NCBI RefSeq assembly: GCF_001447785.1
Contig: NW_015173687.1
Location: forward strand, 499,362-563,361
DNA from: Gekko japonicus
Lineage: Eukaryota
DNA: 64,000 nucleotides
Direction of reading: 5' to 3'
The position numbers and the translations under genes are program-made. The notes under the pieces are model-generated. The model was not told the DNA's origin, did not search any database, and saw only the letters and a list, made by a program, of their open reading frames with translations. Below, in pieces: positions 25,133 through 38,533 of this stretch (its first letter is position 1; every line of letters begins with the position of its first letter).

Positions 25133-26438
25133 GTAAGGAGGAACTGCTTGGCTGATCATCGTCACACTGAACGTGTTCTGTGGTGTTGTAATCTGGAAGG
25201 GAGGGGTGACAATGGTTTCGATCCTCGGGCTCTGTTCTACCAGCAGTGGCACATTCCTCTGCAGCGTGACTCCCTCCACTGACGCGAGATGCTCTTTGAG
25301 TCTCTCTGAGTCTCTTGCAACAGGGAAAGTCTCCTGTATCAGAGGAAGACACTACCAAATAGAGAATGGATTTGTGGTGTAGTGGCTAGGAGCGTGGACT
25401 GTAATCTAGGAGAACTGGGTTTGATTCCCCACTCCTCCACATGCAGCTGCTGGTGTGACCTTGGATCAGTTACAAGTACTTTCAAAACTGTTCTCTCAAA
25501 AGTAGTTCTCAAAAGAGCTCTCTCAGCCCCACCTATCTCACAGGGTGTCTGTTGTGGGGAGGGGAAGGGAAGGGAGATTGTAAACTGCTCTCCTTCGGGT
25601 AGTGAAGTGCGGGGTCTAAATCCAGTCTCTTCTTCTGGAACCCCTCCCATGCTTGATCGATTTAGCTTTCTCCTTTGTTATTAATCTATTTATACCCTGT
25701 TTATCTCCCTAATGGAGACCCAAAGCAGCATATAGCACCATTCTCTCCTCCGTTTTATTCTCCAACAACACACCTATGAGGTAGGTTAGGCTGAGAAGGA
25801 GTGAGTACCCCAAGGGAGCTTCTATGGCAGAGAGGGGATTTTAACCTGAGTCTCCCAGACCTCAGGCCCGCACTGTAAGCACTGCACCTCACTGTCTGTC
25901 AGATATCATGTATCTGATCCATTATTATCAATTTTTTCATATAGTGCCTGTTAAATGCATGGCACTTCACAAAGTACAGGATGACCTCCAAGGGGCTTAC
26001 CATCTGAAAATGGACCCAGAGAACAAACAGAGAGAAGAAACAAAGATGGAGGTGGGGAGAAATTGGGGATGTAGCGCTGTAGTGATTAAGAGCAGCGGAC
26101 TCTGATCTGGAGAACCAGGTTTGATTCCCCACTCCTCCACATGCAGCCAGCTGGGTGACCTTGGGCCAGTCATAGTTCTCTCAGAGCTGTTCTCTCAGCC
26201 CCACCTACCTCACAGGGTGTCTGTTGTGGGGAGAGGAAGGGAACCTGATTGTAAGCCTCTCTGAGACTCCTTCGGATAGTGAAGGACGGGGTATAAATCC
26301 AATCTCTTCTTCTTTGTAGGTTTCGTTTCAGTAGGGGACTTAAGGGATTGTGTGAAAAGGTGACTGAGTGAGACCATTGAATGAGGGAATCAAGGCCTGG
26401 TACTGAATCCCCGTTTCTCTTTTCCACCTGCTTGACAG

Positions 26439-26559
26439 GGCTGAGGAAGAGAGCCCACCTGCCAAGACTGTTCTGCAGTACAGCCCTGCTCACAGGGATG
26501 CTGTCGCTTCTGTGGCTTCCCTTCCACCAGACCTGTGCCTGTCAGGAGGAAAAGACAAG
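26439..26559 (+). CDS. WDR31: WDR31 coding exon 2
   Basis: AEEESPPAKTVLQYSPAHRDAVASVASLPPDLCLSGGKDK|gttggt. Confidence 0.9.
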
Positions 26560-26980
26560 GTTGGTTGGGTGTCACTCTTGGCTGGCAACAACTGGAATTT
26601 TGGTCTCAACAGACCAGCTGTCTGCCTTGCTGTCTTGTGGCTTCATAAGATCATATATGTGGCATGGGAACTGTGGCTTCAGCTTTCAGAAGGATTGTGG
26701 TTTGCTGGCAAAGTACCCACTTTACACACAGAAAGTCCCAGGTTCAATCCCTGGCATCTCAGGTGTTGAAGAAGTCCTTTCTGTACCCGAGACCCTTATG
26801 AGAGCCACTGCCAGTCAAATACAGGGCTAGATGTGTCAGTGATCAATGGCCTCCCCATCAAGCCATAATGCCCAGAATTATTTGTTTAAACCAGCTTGTG
26901 TATAGTGTGCCAAGCCATTAGTCCAAAGTAAAATATGTTAAAAGTATGAAAGTAGCAATGCTGCCTGAAGTGGCCCGTAA

Positions 26981-27118
<138 letters not shown>

Positions 27119-27423
27119 TGAGGTGTGGTCCAAGAAGGTCCCTGTTTCAAAACTTTCCACAAAGATGGCTTTCAGCAAGTCACTGCCAGCCCCTCCCAAT
27201 CTGCAATACAGGGGAGAAAAACACTGGTCTGCCTTACCAGTCTGTTTAAGGATTACAACATGATCATGTATATGAAGCATTTTGAACATAAAGATGTGTA
27301 CAAATGCTAAATGGTGTTATTAGTCTTACTTGCAAATCTGTTTCCTTTCCATCCCTTCCTAAGCAGATGGGGGTGAAAGAATTACCTCTCTGTTGGATTA
27401 ACAAACTAGTGCACCAGCTCCAA

Positions 27424-27512
27424 TCAACAACAACAAATAATAATAATAATAATAATAGTAATAGTGATGATGATGATGATTGGTGGTGGTGGTGGTGGTG
27501 GTGGTGGTGGTG
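27424..27512. repeat. Compound trinucleotide microsatellite (AAC/AAT/AGT/GAT/GGT)
   Basis: Seen directly in the sequence. Confidence 0.9.
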
Positions 27513-29190
27513 GGCTGGGTTTTTTTTTTGAAAATGAATAAATGTTCTTAAGGAAACAGTTAATACCCCTGGAGTAGCCAAGGGTCATCTATTCCAGGGC
27601 CAGTGTCAGGGTGGGGTAATAGTGTTGTGCAGTGGTTTGAGTTTCAGACTAAGATCTGGGAGACCAACAAGGCTTGAATCCCCACCTGGCCATGGAAGCT
27701 TGCTGGGTGTCCTTTGGCCCATCAAATACTCTTAGGTTAACCTACCATACAGCATTGTTGTGAGGATAAAATGGAAAAGAGAACAATGTAAGCCCATTTG
27801 GGTCACCAGCAGGGAGAAAATGGGGATGTTAATGAAGCAGATAAACACCGTACCTCTAGAACACCCAATTTGCTCCACTGAAGAATATTTTAAAATCCCA
27901 CTGATTATAATGTTAAACGTGACCGGGGAAGCCCTGTCTGGAAATGGGGCCATCCCACTTGGTGAAGAAAGCTTGCTACAGCCTTGTATTAATCAGGATT
28001 CTGTTGTCTGCCAATGAGGCCGGGCTATACAAAACAACCCTAATGACTGAGAGAAAATAATCTCTTTTGCCTAATGATGTTTACATAAGCATCCAAGAGG
28101 CAATATATATTGCATAATGATGCTTACATATAGTGTTCAAGGGGCAATACATGTATATTATTGCAGTAATCCTTACAACTGCCCTGTAATGTAGGCCAGT
28201 GTCAGCATCTCCATTTTATAGATAGGGATGAGCATGTGAGACAATGTGGTTTGTCTAAGGCCACTTCTTAAGTCTGTGGCAGAGGTGAGATTTATTTTAG
28301 TGTTGGTTTGTACTTCTGTACTACGATTTATATACTTTTCACAGCAGTTTGTTGCAAATGTTGAAAACCATTTGCAGAATGTAAAACTGGCATGGACAAA
28401 TATAATCAAAGTTGACCCACTGTCAACAGCGCTGACGATCCCCACCATAAAAACATCAGCACACAAGTGCACACACACAAAAAACTTAGGCTGACTCTCA
28501 TAGCCTCCGACACAAGGGACGAGGGTGGACAGGGATGTTGAAATGGTCCAGCAGGAAAGCAAGCTGAGCCAAGTCCCATGCTGATGTGGCTTTGCTTTCT
28601 CCAAACTGCTAGTTGGCCCTCTTGGGCAGTAGCCTTCTCCCTCTGCTGATGGAAGACATTACCCATGATGTGAACCAAAGACATCCTGGATCACAGTCAT
28701 GGTGCTACGCAGGGCTTTTTTTGTAGAAAAAGCCCAGCAGGAACTCATTAGCATAAGAGCAGAAACTCATTCGCCTATTAGGCCACACCCCTGACAGCAC
28801 AGCTCATTGGCATATTAGGCCACACCCCCATGTTACCAGAAGTGTGCTCATCCAGCCACCCCCACCTTTTGCTTCTTATTCTGTTTACCTTGTTTGTTGT
28901 CAAAACCCAGGGCTTTTTTGTAGCAGGAACTCCTTTGCATGTTAGGCCACACACCCCTAATGTAGCCAATCCTAATGAGTTTCTGCTGCTGGGTGTGGCC
29001 TATTATGCTAATAAGTTCCTGCTCTGCATGGCCAACTTGGAAGCCAGCCGGAACTCCATTCCTGTGCGTTCCTGCCCCAAAATAGCCCTGGTGCTATGGC
29101 AGGCCAAACAGCATGGTCTTCAGACAACCCACATGCCAAGGTTCCTTAAGGGGAAGATTTTATTTGAATCCATTGTTCTCTCCTGCCCAG

Positions 29191-29335
29191 GTCACTGGTC
29201 TCCCCCATTCCAGCTGGCTTTTCAGTGCTTCCCGAGACAAAACAGTGCTGCTGTGGGATTTGCATGGTGCTTCTGGGCCGGTCCAGTGTTTTTCAGGACA
29301 CGATCTGGTAGTCACCGGTTTGGCTGCTAGCCCAG
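29191..29335 (+). CDS. WDR31: WDR31 coding exon 4
   Basis: VTGLPHSSWLFSASRDKTVLLWDL...GHDLVVTGLAASP G|gtgagg. Confidence 0.93.
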
Positions 29336-29376
29336 GTGAGGCAGATGTGGATCTCGTCCTTGGAATTCTCACATGA

Positions 29377-29619
<243 letters not shown>

Positions 29620-29794
29620 TAAAAAATTAGTGATGTATTACTGTCACTATTTTCTTTGATATGTGAACAGAGCCTCCAAGTTCAGAGCCAGTATGCCACT
29701 GGAAACCAGATGAACAAAACAATAGGGGGAGGATTTCAAGTCCTCTTGTAGATTCTTTGGAGAACTGTAGCTGGCACTGCTGGAAATCTGTTGT

Positions 29795-29985
29795 TACTGT
29801 CAAGTCACAGCTGATTTATGGCAAGCCCGTAGGGTTTTCAAGGTAAGAGACGTTCAGAGGTGGTTTGCCATTGTCTGCCTCTGCATAGTGACCCTGGTCT
29901 CCCATCCCAATACAGCCAGGACTGACCCTGCTTAGCTTCCAAGATCTGACGAGATTGGGCTTGCCTGGGCTATCCAGGTCAGGGC
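29795..29985 (-). mobile_element. 5S-rRNA-derived SINE; other copies at about 3308-3530(+), 15510-15727(-), 23400-23540(+), 58140-58330(-)
   Basis: GCCCAATCTCGTCAGATCTTGGAAGCTAAGCAGGG 5S-like head with a non-5S tail. Confidence 0.75.
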
Positions 29986-30107
29986 TCATTTTGAAGAGCT
30001 TTTGACCTATGCCAGTAACATTGTTCAAGAAACAATTGCAACAAATGCTTTGGCAACACACCGCTTGCTTGCAGTTTGACCTTGCATTATCCAAGAGCTG
30101 GCCTTGA

Positions 30108-30296
<189 letters not shown>

Positions 30297-31022
30297 TAAA
30301 CTGCTCATTAACATTTAGTTCTGGAGTCGTTTTAAAAGACTGTGTTTTCCCCTCTTCTGAAGTGCTACTATCGAGACTGCTTTTCCAAGAGGGTCAAATA
30401 GTATGGGGGAAGGAGAGGGGCTTTTTAGCCTTTTCCTTCCCTGCTGCTTTTACCCTGCTAGAGAAAAATTACAGGTATCTACCAGGCCATGTAGTACAGA
30501 TAGTTTTGGATGATAAAATATCATGGGCTAATGTAGGAGGGATTTTAGGTCAGTGGAAGAGTGGTCCTTTGAATATAGAAGGTCTGTGTTCAATCTCCAC
30601 CATTTCCAGGTAAAAAAAGATCTTTTCGGTGCTGGAATATACAAAATGTATAGTGCACCTACTTTAAGAGGATCAGAAGAACAGCCTATAGGGGACAGCT
30701 GAAGGACTGCTGGTTAGCGTGGCTAGATTAGGGACAAATTGTGTCCTTCCTGTCCTCTGGTTGGCTCTTCAGATAATTCCTGCTCCAACTAAGGCCTCCC
30801 CCTTCGTTCTATCTCTCACAGCAATCAGTTAGTTAAGGCTCTCTCCCTCTCCTCTGTTCTATCAGTTTATTTCTTCTTTAATAAACCAAGTTATTTTCCT
30901 TAAACAGTTGGTGCGCCGCTCCTTTGCATATTTAAACTCTGCCAACAGTCAGCAGATGCTGAGAAAGCCCCCTCTCTGCATAGGACCCTGGAGAGCTTTC
31001 TGCCAGGCAGTGGACAATATGA

Positions 31023-31274
<252 letters not shown>

Positions 31275-32046
31275 TGACAAAACACAACCCAAGACCAAGA
31301 TGATGGAATGGCAGCAGAGCTGGGTGGAGTTCGCAAAGGCTGTTTGCTCTATTTAGTTTCTATCTTCGGGTCCCATTCCCTGGTAAAGAAGGCTCTGTCC
31401 GAGACACCTAGGCTCTGCTTGAAGAACTGCTGTTCCCAAGGTTTCTTGGGGGAGAGGGACTGACTTATTAAACCCAATTCTGTCCTGGTTTTTGTACATG
31501 TAGGGTTGCGAAAAACGGATTTAAAATCATGTAGGCAGCCACTGCTGAAATCGCAGGAAGTGCAATCAGAATTTCCTGAGATGTGGGGGTTCTTTATAAA
31601 ACAAAAGTCCAGTGGTTCCTTAAATAACTAGCAGCACTTATTTCAATTTGAGCTTTTTGAGCTTTTAACTTCTTCATATATGTGCAGAAGGGGAGATCAC
31701 ACAGGGAATTCTTTTTATGGGGAAGATTAGAGGTGATAGGGGTAAGGCAGAGTGGTTTGGTGCAAATTCTACCATGACTCTTTCAGGTGCAAATTTGCTG
31801 TGTATGGGGAAAAGGGAGGAGCTGACAAAGATTAAACTTGAATCCCATTATTACCTTCCATAGCGCTCCACCTTTTTATGAATAGCAGAATAGGTTGTGC
31901 AAATGTGTACAGATGAGCTTGACAGTAGAATTGTAACTGGCATACTTAAAAAATAATAATGTGGAACAGTGATATAAGTTCCCACTCATAAACCCACCTG
32001 GACTTGCAGGACTCTCCCCCAGAGAGGTGTTTCTTTTCCTTTCCAG

Positions 32047-32209
32047 CTCTGGGACCTGCGGCAGACGAGAAGCAGTGTGCGTGAGTTCCGGGGCCACTTC
32101 CAAACCACGATGTCCTGCATCTTCCTCCCCAAAGGCCTCACCCCCTTCCCTGCCATTGCCACTTCATCACATGACGGCACAATAAAAATGTGGAGCCAGG
32201 AGACTGGAG
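32047..32209 (+). CDS. WDR31: WDR31 coding exon 8
   Basis: LWDLRQTR...GHFQT...IATSSHDGTIKMWSQETG G|gtataa. Confidence 0.93.
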
Positions 32210-33200
32210 GTATAATAAATCTCAGTTGCGGGGGGGGGGGGGGGGAGCGCAACCAAGCATAACAATTCTGTTCCTGAGTCAGGTCAGGGTCCATCTCGCT
32301 CAGCATTTTGATTCCATCGTCAACTAGCCAGGTGACTCTCACAAGATGAGGAGAGCATGAAGCCATCAACCCTCCCCCATTGTACGTCCTCTGTGGTTCA
32401 CAGGCATACTGCCTCTGAACACAAAGGTTCCACTTAACATTCATAACTAACAGCTTTTGATAAACCTACCCCTTTTTAATTAATTTGTCCAGTTTTTTTT
32501 TAAAAAAAGAGCATCTAGGCTAGCAGCAGAAGTGGACTGGGAAATAAAAATGGCCCTGAAACAAGCCACGTTATGTGGCCACTGTGGTGCTACAAGCCAG
32601 CCCTTCAGTCAGGGATCGCTCAGCTCAGCAGTGCAACAAGCAGTGGGTATTAGTTCACCCAGGGCTTCCTCCTGAAAACTGGCAGCAGTGTGGGAGAAGA
32701 CGGTGCACTGACACCAGTCTCCATTATAACTGATGAAGGGTCTGAACCAAATGGCCCCTGTGACTCTGGCAGAGTTGCTAGAGCTTGGTTCTGCTTGCTC
32801 CTGCCCACCAGTGGCCCTTTAGGGCAGTGGCCCGCCAGGGAATTTCCCTGTAAGTTGAATGGCCTGTCTGCCCCTGTCTAGCAACCTTCACTTCGTCCTG
32901 TTGCAGCTGAGTTCCATGAGTCAACTGCAGATTGTCTGCAGAAGTATTTCCTAACTTCAGGTGGTTTTGATTTTTTTTAAATCCCTTTTTATTTCCCCCA
33001 ACTTCCAACCCTACAACAAAGATGGGATGCCATTTCCAGCTGGTATGTTAGAGGCCAGATCCTCTCTCCCATAACTGCCCAGATAAGGACAATAGCAAAA
33101 GACATCCTTGCAGGTTGCCAGTTACAGCCTTCAGCCATTTGCAGAGGGAGGGAAAAGACAGACTCTGTATGCAGTGATGACCTCCACACTGTTGCTTTCT

Positions 33201-33658
<458 letters not shown>

Positions 33659-33759
33659 CCCTAAGAGACCAGCTAATGTGGCAAACCGTGGCATCATGGG
33701 AGAATGGGCAGCGTATGGGGAGATGGGGTAGAAATCATGATTAGGATGTGTCAGAGGTC

Positions 33760-34080
33760 ATTTTGGGGGATCGCGGGGGATCGCAGTTCCCCCGGGTGAG
33801 GTACGGGGGGCGAGGCACATGACGAAGCCCGCCCCCTGCTTCTGGCCGCCCCGCTTCCGGCCCTCATTCAGCCAGGAGGAGGCAGGAGAAGAGGGAGGGT
33901 AAGTTGCTTCCTCCCTGCCTCTCCCCACCCCTGCCTGCCTGGGGCCAGGGAGGGCCTTCGCGGGGCTTCCTTGCACTCCTGCCGGCCTTGCAGGTCCACT
34001 GCCGGGCCCCTCAAGGGGCTCGGCAGTAGAGCTGCAAGGCCGGTAGCGGCGGCTGGGACCGTTGGGGGTGGGATCAGGGG
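33760..34080 (+). promoter_or_regulatory. Orphan CpG-rich promoter-like element with splice donor
   Basis: CACATGAC E-box, GCCCGCCCC GC box, CTTCCGG ETS core, donor AGG|gtaagt at 33898/33899. Confidence 0.55.
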
Positions 34081-35611
34081 ATGACACACTTATGGTGATG
34101 ACACACTTCTGGTGATGTCAGGGGATGTGGCATATGCTAATGAGTTATGCTAATGAGTTCCCCTAGCTCTTTTTCTACTAAACGACCCCTGGGATGTGTG
34201 GCAGTCTTATGAAGCAAAAGTAGGGTTGCCAGCTCTGGGCTGGGAAATACCTGGAGATTTGAGGGGTGGAGTCTGGGGAGGGCGGGGCTTGGGGAGGGGA
34301 TGGATTTCAGTGGGGTACAATGCCATAGAGTCCACCTCCCAAAGTGGTCATTTTCTCTAGGTGAACTGATCTCAGTTGTAATAGCAGGAGATCTCCAGCC
34401 ACTACCAGAAGGTTGGCAACCCTAAGCAAAACTAGTAGTGAATGAGACGTGTCATTCATGTTGAATTCTGTGCTGCTGTTAATGGGATGCGGGAGGTCAA
34501 CTAGTGCAGGCGGATGGACTTACAGCAGGTGGGTACAGGCAACGGGGACCCAAGTGCTCTTTCTGCTGGCTGAAGCACAGCAAGAATGTTCCCGGGGGCA
34601 GAGGAGCGCCTGGGGTTGCCAACCAGTGTTCCCTCTAAGCTGAGTTAGTGTGAGCTAGCTCACAGTTTTCTAGCCTCCAGCTCACAGATTTTTGTCTTCG
34701 CTCAGGAAGCATGGCTCCAGAGCAATCTAATTTATGCAGTAGCCAAATCGTTCGCTCACAATTTTAATGCCAGTAGCTCACGAATTAGAATTTTTGCTCA
34801 AAAGACTCCACAGCTTAGAGGGAACATTGTTGCCAACTCTGGGTTGGGAAATGCCTGGAGATTTTGGAAGTGGCATTTTAGAGCCCGGAGATGGTGGCAT
34901 TTGGGGAATGGAGGGTATAATGCCATAGAGTCCATCCTCCAAAGCAGGCATTTTCTCCAGAGGAACTGATGTCTATTGCCTGGAGATAAATTTTAATCAG
35001 GCCTGCAGCCAGGATTTTTTTAGTGGGGGGGCATTTAAATTTCTTAGGGGGCACTGGCTAATCAAAATAAAGGTAATTTAATGTGGTCCCTCGTGCTGGA
35101 CAGCTGCGCAGGAATACCCGGCTCCTTCCCTGCACCCACTGCCACTCAGGGGCCCTGAGCTGAATGGGAAGTTGGGGGGCCTTGCCAGTAAGTCGGGGGG
35201 CCTAGCCCCAAGATGCCCCACTGTAGCTACGGGCCTGGTTGTAATGCTGGGAGATCTCCAGGCCCCACCTGGAGGCTGGCAACCCTAGCAGTGCCTTGCG
35301 ATTCATCCACTTTTCATATTGTTTCTTTCTGGACATGGTTTTTAAAAATTAAATAGCAAGTGAATGGCATATACCAGGTAGGAGTTACTGTCCTGTTTCT
35401 CTCCGTGCAACATTATTTAACAGCCTGTCACTATATCTCACTCTTTCAAGGAACTCAGGGTGCTCTACCAGGAATGAGATGATCCCATTTTTTACCCTCA
35501 CACTAGGTCTTATGAGGTAGGTTAGACTGAGACTGGCTGAAGTCACCCAACAAGCATCAAGACCCAAGTGGGCCCTTGTTTCTTGAGGTTAGAGTGTCAG
35601 ATGAGGAACAG

Positions 35612-35866
35612 ATTCAGGTGGGTAGCCATGTTGGTCTGAAGCACCAGAGCAAAGTTTGAGTCCAATGGCACCTTTAAGACCAACAAAGTTTAATTCTGGG
35701 CATAAGCTCTCTTGTGCATGCACACTTCTTCAGATACATTAAAACAGACTTTGCCAACCATTACAAGTCTGTTTCAATGCATTGGAAGAAGTGTGCATGC
35801 ACAAGAGAGCTTATGCCCAGAATTAAACTTTGTTGGTCTTAAAGGTGCCACTGGACTCAAACTTTG
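35612..35866. repeat. Long inverted repeat, Penelope pLTR-like
   Basis: About 102-bp arms at 35650-35751 and 35765-35866 with a 13-nt spacer. Confidence 0.85.
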
Positions 35867-36065
35867 TTAGATTAGAAATAGGGAAAACACAGGTTCAGAT
35901 TCCCATTCTGCATGAAGCTCACTGGACCCATCACTTATTCTTAACCTAATTTACCTCACAAAATGGAGAAGGGAGAATCGCATATGCTACCTTGAACTCC
36001 TCGGGCGATAGGTGGAGAAAAATCTAACAAATTAAATTAAATTAAACCCAGGTATCTCCCATCTA

Positions 36066-36396
36066 GGACCGCAGTGGCTTAGAGGTTAAGACACTGAGTT
36101 GCAGACCGGAAGGTTGGTAGTTTGGTGGTTTGAGACCCTAGTGCTGCATTGACAGAGTCTCTGGCCCCAGCTCCTGCCAACCTAGCAGTTCAAAAACAAG
36201 AAATTGCAAGTAGATAAATAGGTACCCCTTCGGTGGGAAAGTAACAGTGTTCCGTGCACCTCAGCATTTAGTCATGCTGGTCACATGACCACGGAAATGT
36301 CTTCGGACAGCGCTGGCTCTTCAGCTTGGAAATGATGAGCACCACCCCCTAGAGTCGGATTCAATTATCTCTTGAGCAAGGGAAACCTTTACCTTT
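36066..36396 (+). mobile_element. Sauria SINE
   Basis: Same family; near-TSD TATCTCC(C/T)ATCTA. Confidence 0.85.
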
Positions 36397-37921
36397 TATC
36401 TCCTATCTATTACATTTCTGTTCTTCAAGAACTGCAGGGATGTGTAGGTGGGGTTATCCCATTTTATCCTCATACATGTGAGTAGATTAACACGGAACGG
36501 AATACCAGGAAACCACTGAATGCCAGGCTAACAGCAGAGCTGAATAGATGAGGAGTCTGTACACTCAAAAACTTTGGCAGACCATCTTAATCTTTGGAAC
36601 TGGCAGATCTGCTTTTTTAAAAACAAGCTTTCAGTGGCCAAGAATACCAAATTAATATGTGCAGCATCCTGTATGAAAGATGGCACAGCCCCTGAGCAAC
36701 CAGTCAAATAAGTGTTTCTGTGGAGGTTTCATAGGGAATACCCCATCAAATAATTTTCAGCTCATTCACTTCAAAGGGTTATTTTTATTATTAACTCATC
36801 ACCACACACAGGTTTCTCTTACAAGCCAGCATGCTTATTTTCACATCTTAAGGCCTGATCTGATAGATCCATTCTTCAGCACCGGTGTGTATCTTACATT
36901 CTACTAAGTGTCTAAACACCCTGGTAATACACAGCATTCCAGAATGCTCTACACAGCCATGTGGTAAGACTCAGGTCCCAAGACCAGGCTCGCAGAATAG
37001 ATTAGTTTCAGGTATTCAGGGCACTGCAGCAATCTCTACAGTTAGTAGGCAGATCTACTTGGATGACTGGAGGTAAAGTTTTGTTCAGTTCTCCAGTAAG
37101 ATAGATTTTTTTAGGGAGGGGGTGTTTCTTGGGTCTTTCATTGGTAGACTGTGCTTCCTCGGAGTTCTTAGAGTTTTCAAACCGCTTCGTTCCAGTTGTG
37201 TGGCCTCAGAGACAGACCTCTTTGTCTGTGTAGCTGAATAACCCTCACTGTGACTGGCAGCAGCTCTCAAAGCATGTCTCCAACCCTGCTACTAGAAATT
37301 CTTTAACCTGGAGACGTTGGGGGCTTAACACTGGGCACCCTGCACAGTCTTCTACTGCAGTAATGTGCTCCTCTTCCCAACTGCATTGTGTAAGTACAGA
37401 ATGTAGGACAGCCTGAGAATAGCAGTCCCTGCTTGTTCGTTCGTTCGTTTAAATAAAAGCAAGCTTCCAGTCCACATCATTGCAAAGTTAGGCTTGAAAG
37501 TCAGTAGCCAATACCTGGTGAAACCTCAGAAGCAACAGGTGGACTGAGCAGAACCTCCAGTGTTTGAAAGGTGCAACATCTGGGGCTTACAATAGTTTCA
37601 GAATTCTGCAAATAATGTACATGACATTTCTTTTGCGATAATTAAAAAAACGATCACACAGAACACCTCCCATTTCTCCCCTTGAATATTAAAAATGAAC
37701 CTTTGACCCTGAACCTACCAAGAACCATTGCTTCTCCTTCCTATACTGAAGGTTCAGTGGAAAATACTGAGCTTGCTCTAAAAAAAGGTTCAAGTTGTTA
37801 GCACTTCCCAAGAAGCCGAGCATTTGTACGTGCTTGGTATACACTTGCAAACCCCCCCCCCCCAACCTCAAGCCAAGCAGCTGGTATGGAAAATGAATGC
37901 TGAAGGAAGATCTGTACCAAT

Positions 37922-38533
37922 CTAGGCACTGCGTGGCAACCCAAGAAACACAGCCACAGGCAGCATTACCACCACAAATAGAACGGCGGCAGCACATATC
38001 ATACTGGGATAGTTTTCCAACAGGAGACGACCCATCTCCCTACACACAGACCTGGGGGGATGAGTGCTAATAAAGTTCTGGGGTCGATTGTCTTGGGAGG
38101 TGGCTTTGAACAAGTCCACTGTCACAAGAATCTTCACGGCCTCTTCCTTAGTGTCCCCCGGTGGCCTTTTCAGCCAGCACAGGCGAAATCCATCTATCCA
38201 GACCTCTTCAAGCTCTCGCATCCATGGAGGAAACTGCTGGACGACTTCCATGTTAGCTGGAAGGCTGGGGATCCCTTCTTGGGGGAGAGGGATGCTCTTC
38301 CGGCAGAGGGGGCAGCAAAACAGCTGGTTTGGCTTCAGGAAGGCACACAGCCTGGCCAGGCACTCCAAGCAGAAGGTATGAGAGCACGGCAAAAGCAAAG
38401 GAGTGTTGAACACATTGTTATAGGCAAGGTAGCAAATGGGGCACTCGAGAGTGGATGCCTGTGTTTCCTCTTGCCCAGTTTGGTTTGCAGGAACAGGAGA
38501 AACATCCATTGCATACCTTTCCCCTTTGTCCAT
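37922..38533 (-). CDS. RNF223/RNF225-like RING-HC transmembrane E3 ligase (RNF183 family), 203 aa, single exon
   Basis: ECPICYLAYNNVFNTPLLLPCSHTFCLECLARL...CPLCR (C3HC4); family motif VWIDGFRLC; C-terminal TM segment MICAAAVLFVVVMLPVAVFLGL. Confidence 0.88.
   Translation of the reverse strand: MDKGERYAMDVSPVPANQTGQEETQASTLECPICYLAYNNVFNTPLLLPCSHTFCLECLARLCAFLKPNQLFCCPLCRKSIPLPQEGIPSLPANMEVVQQFPPWMRELEEVWIDGFRLCWLKRPPGDTKEEAVKILVTVDLFKATSQDNRPQNFISTHPPRSVCREMGRLLLENYPSMICAAAVLFVVVMLPVAVFLGLPRSA

Noticed and set aside
27264-27581. Poly-His, poly-Trp and poly-Asn ORFs
   Set aside because: Translations of an intronic microsatellite.
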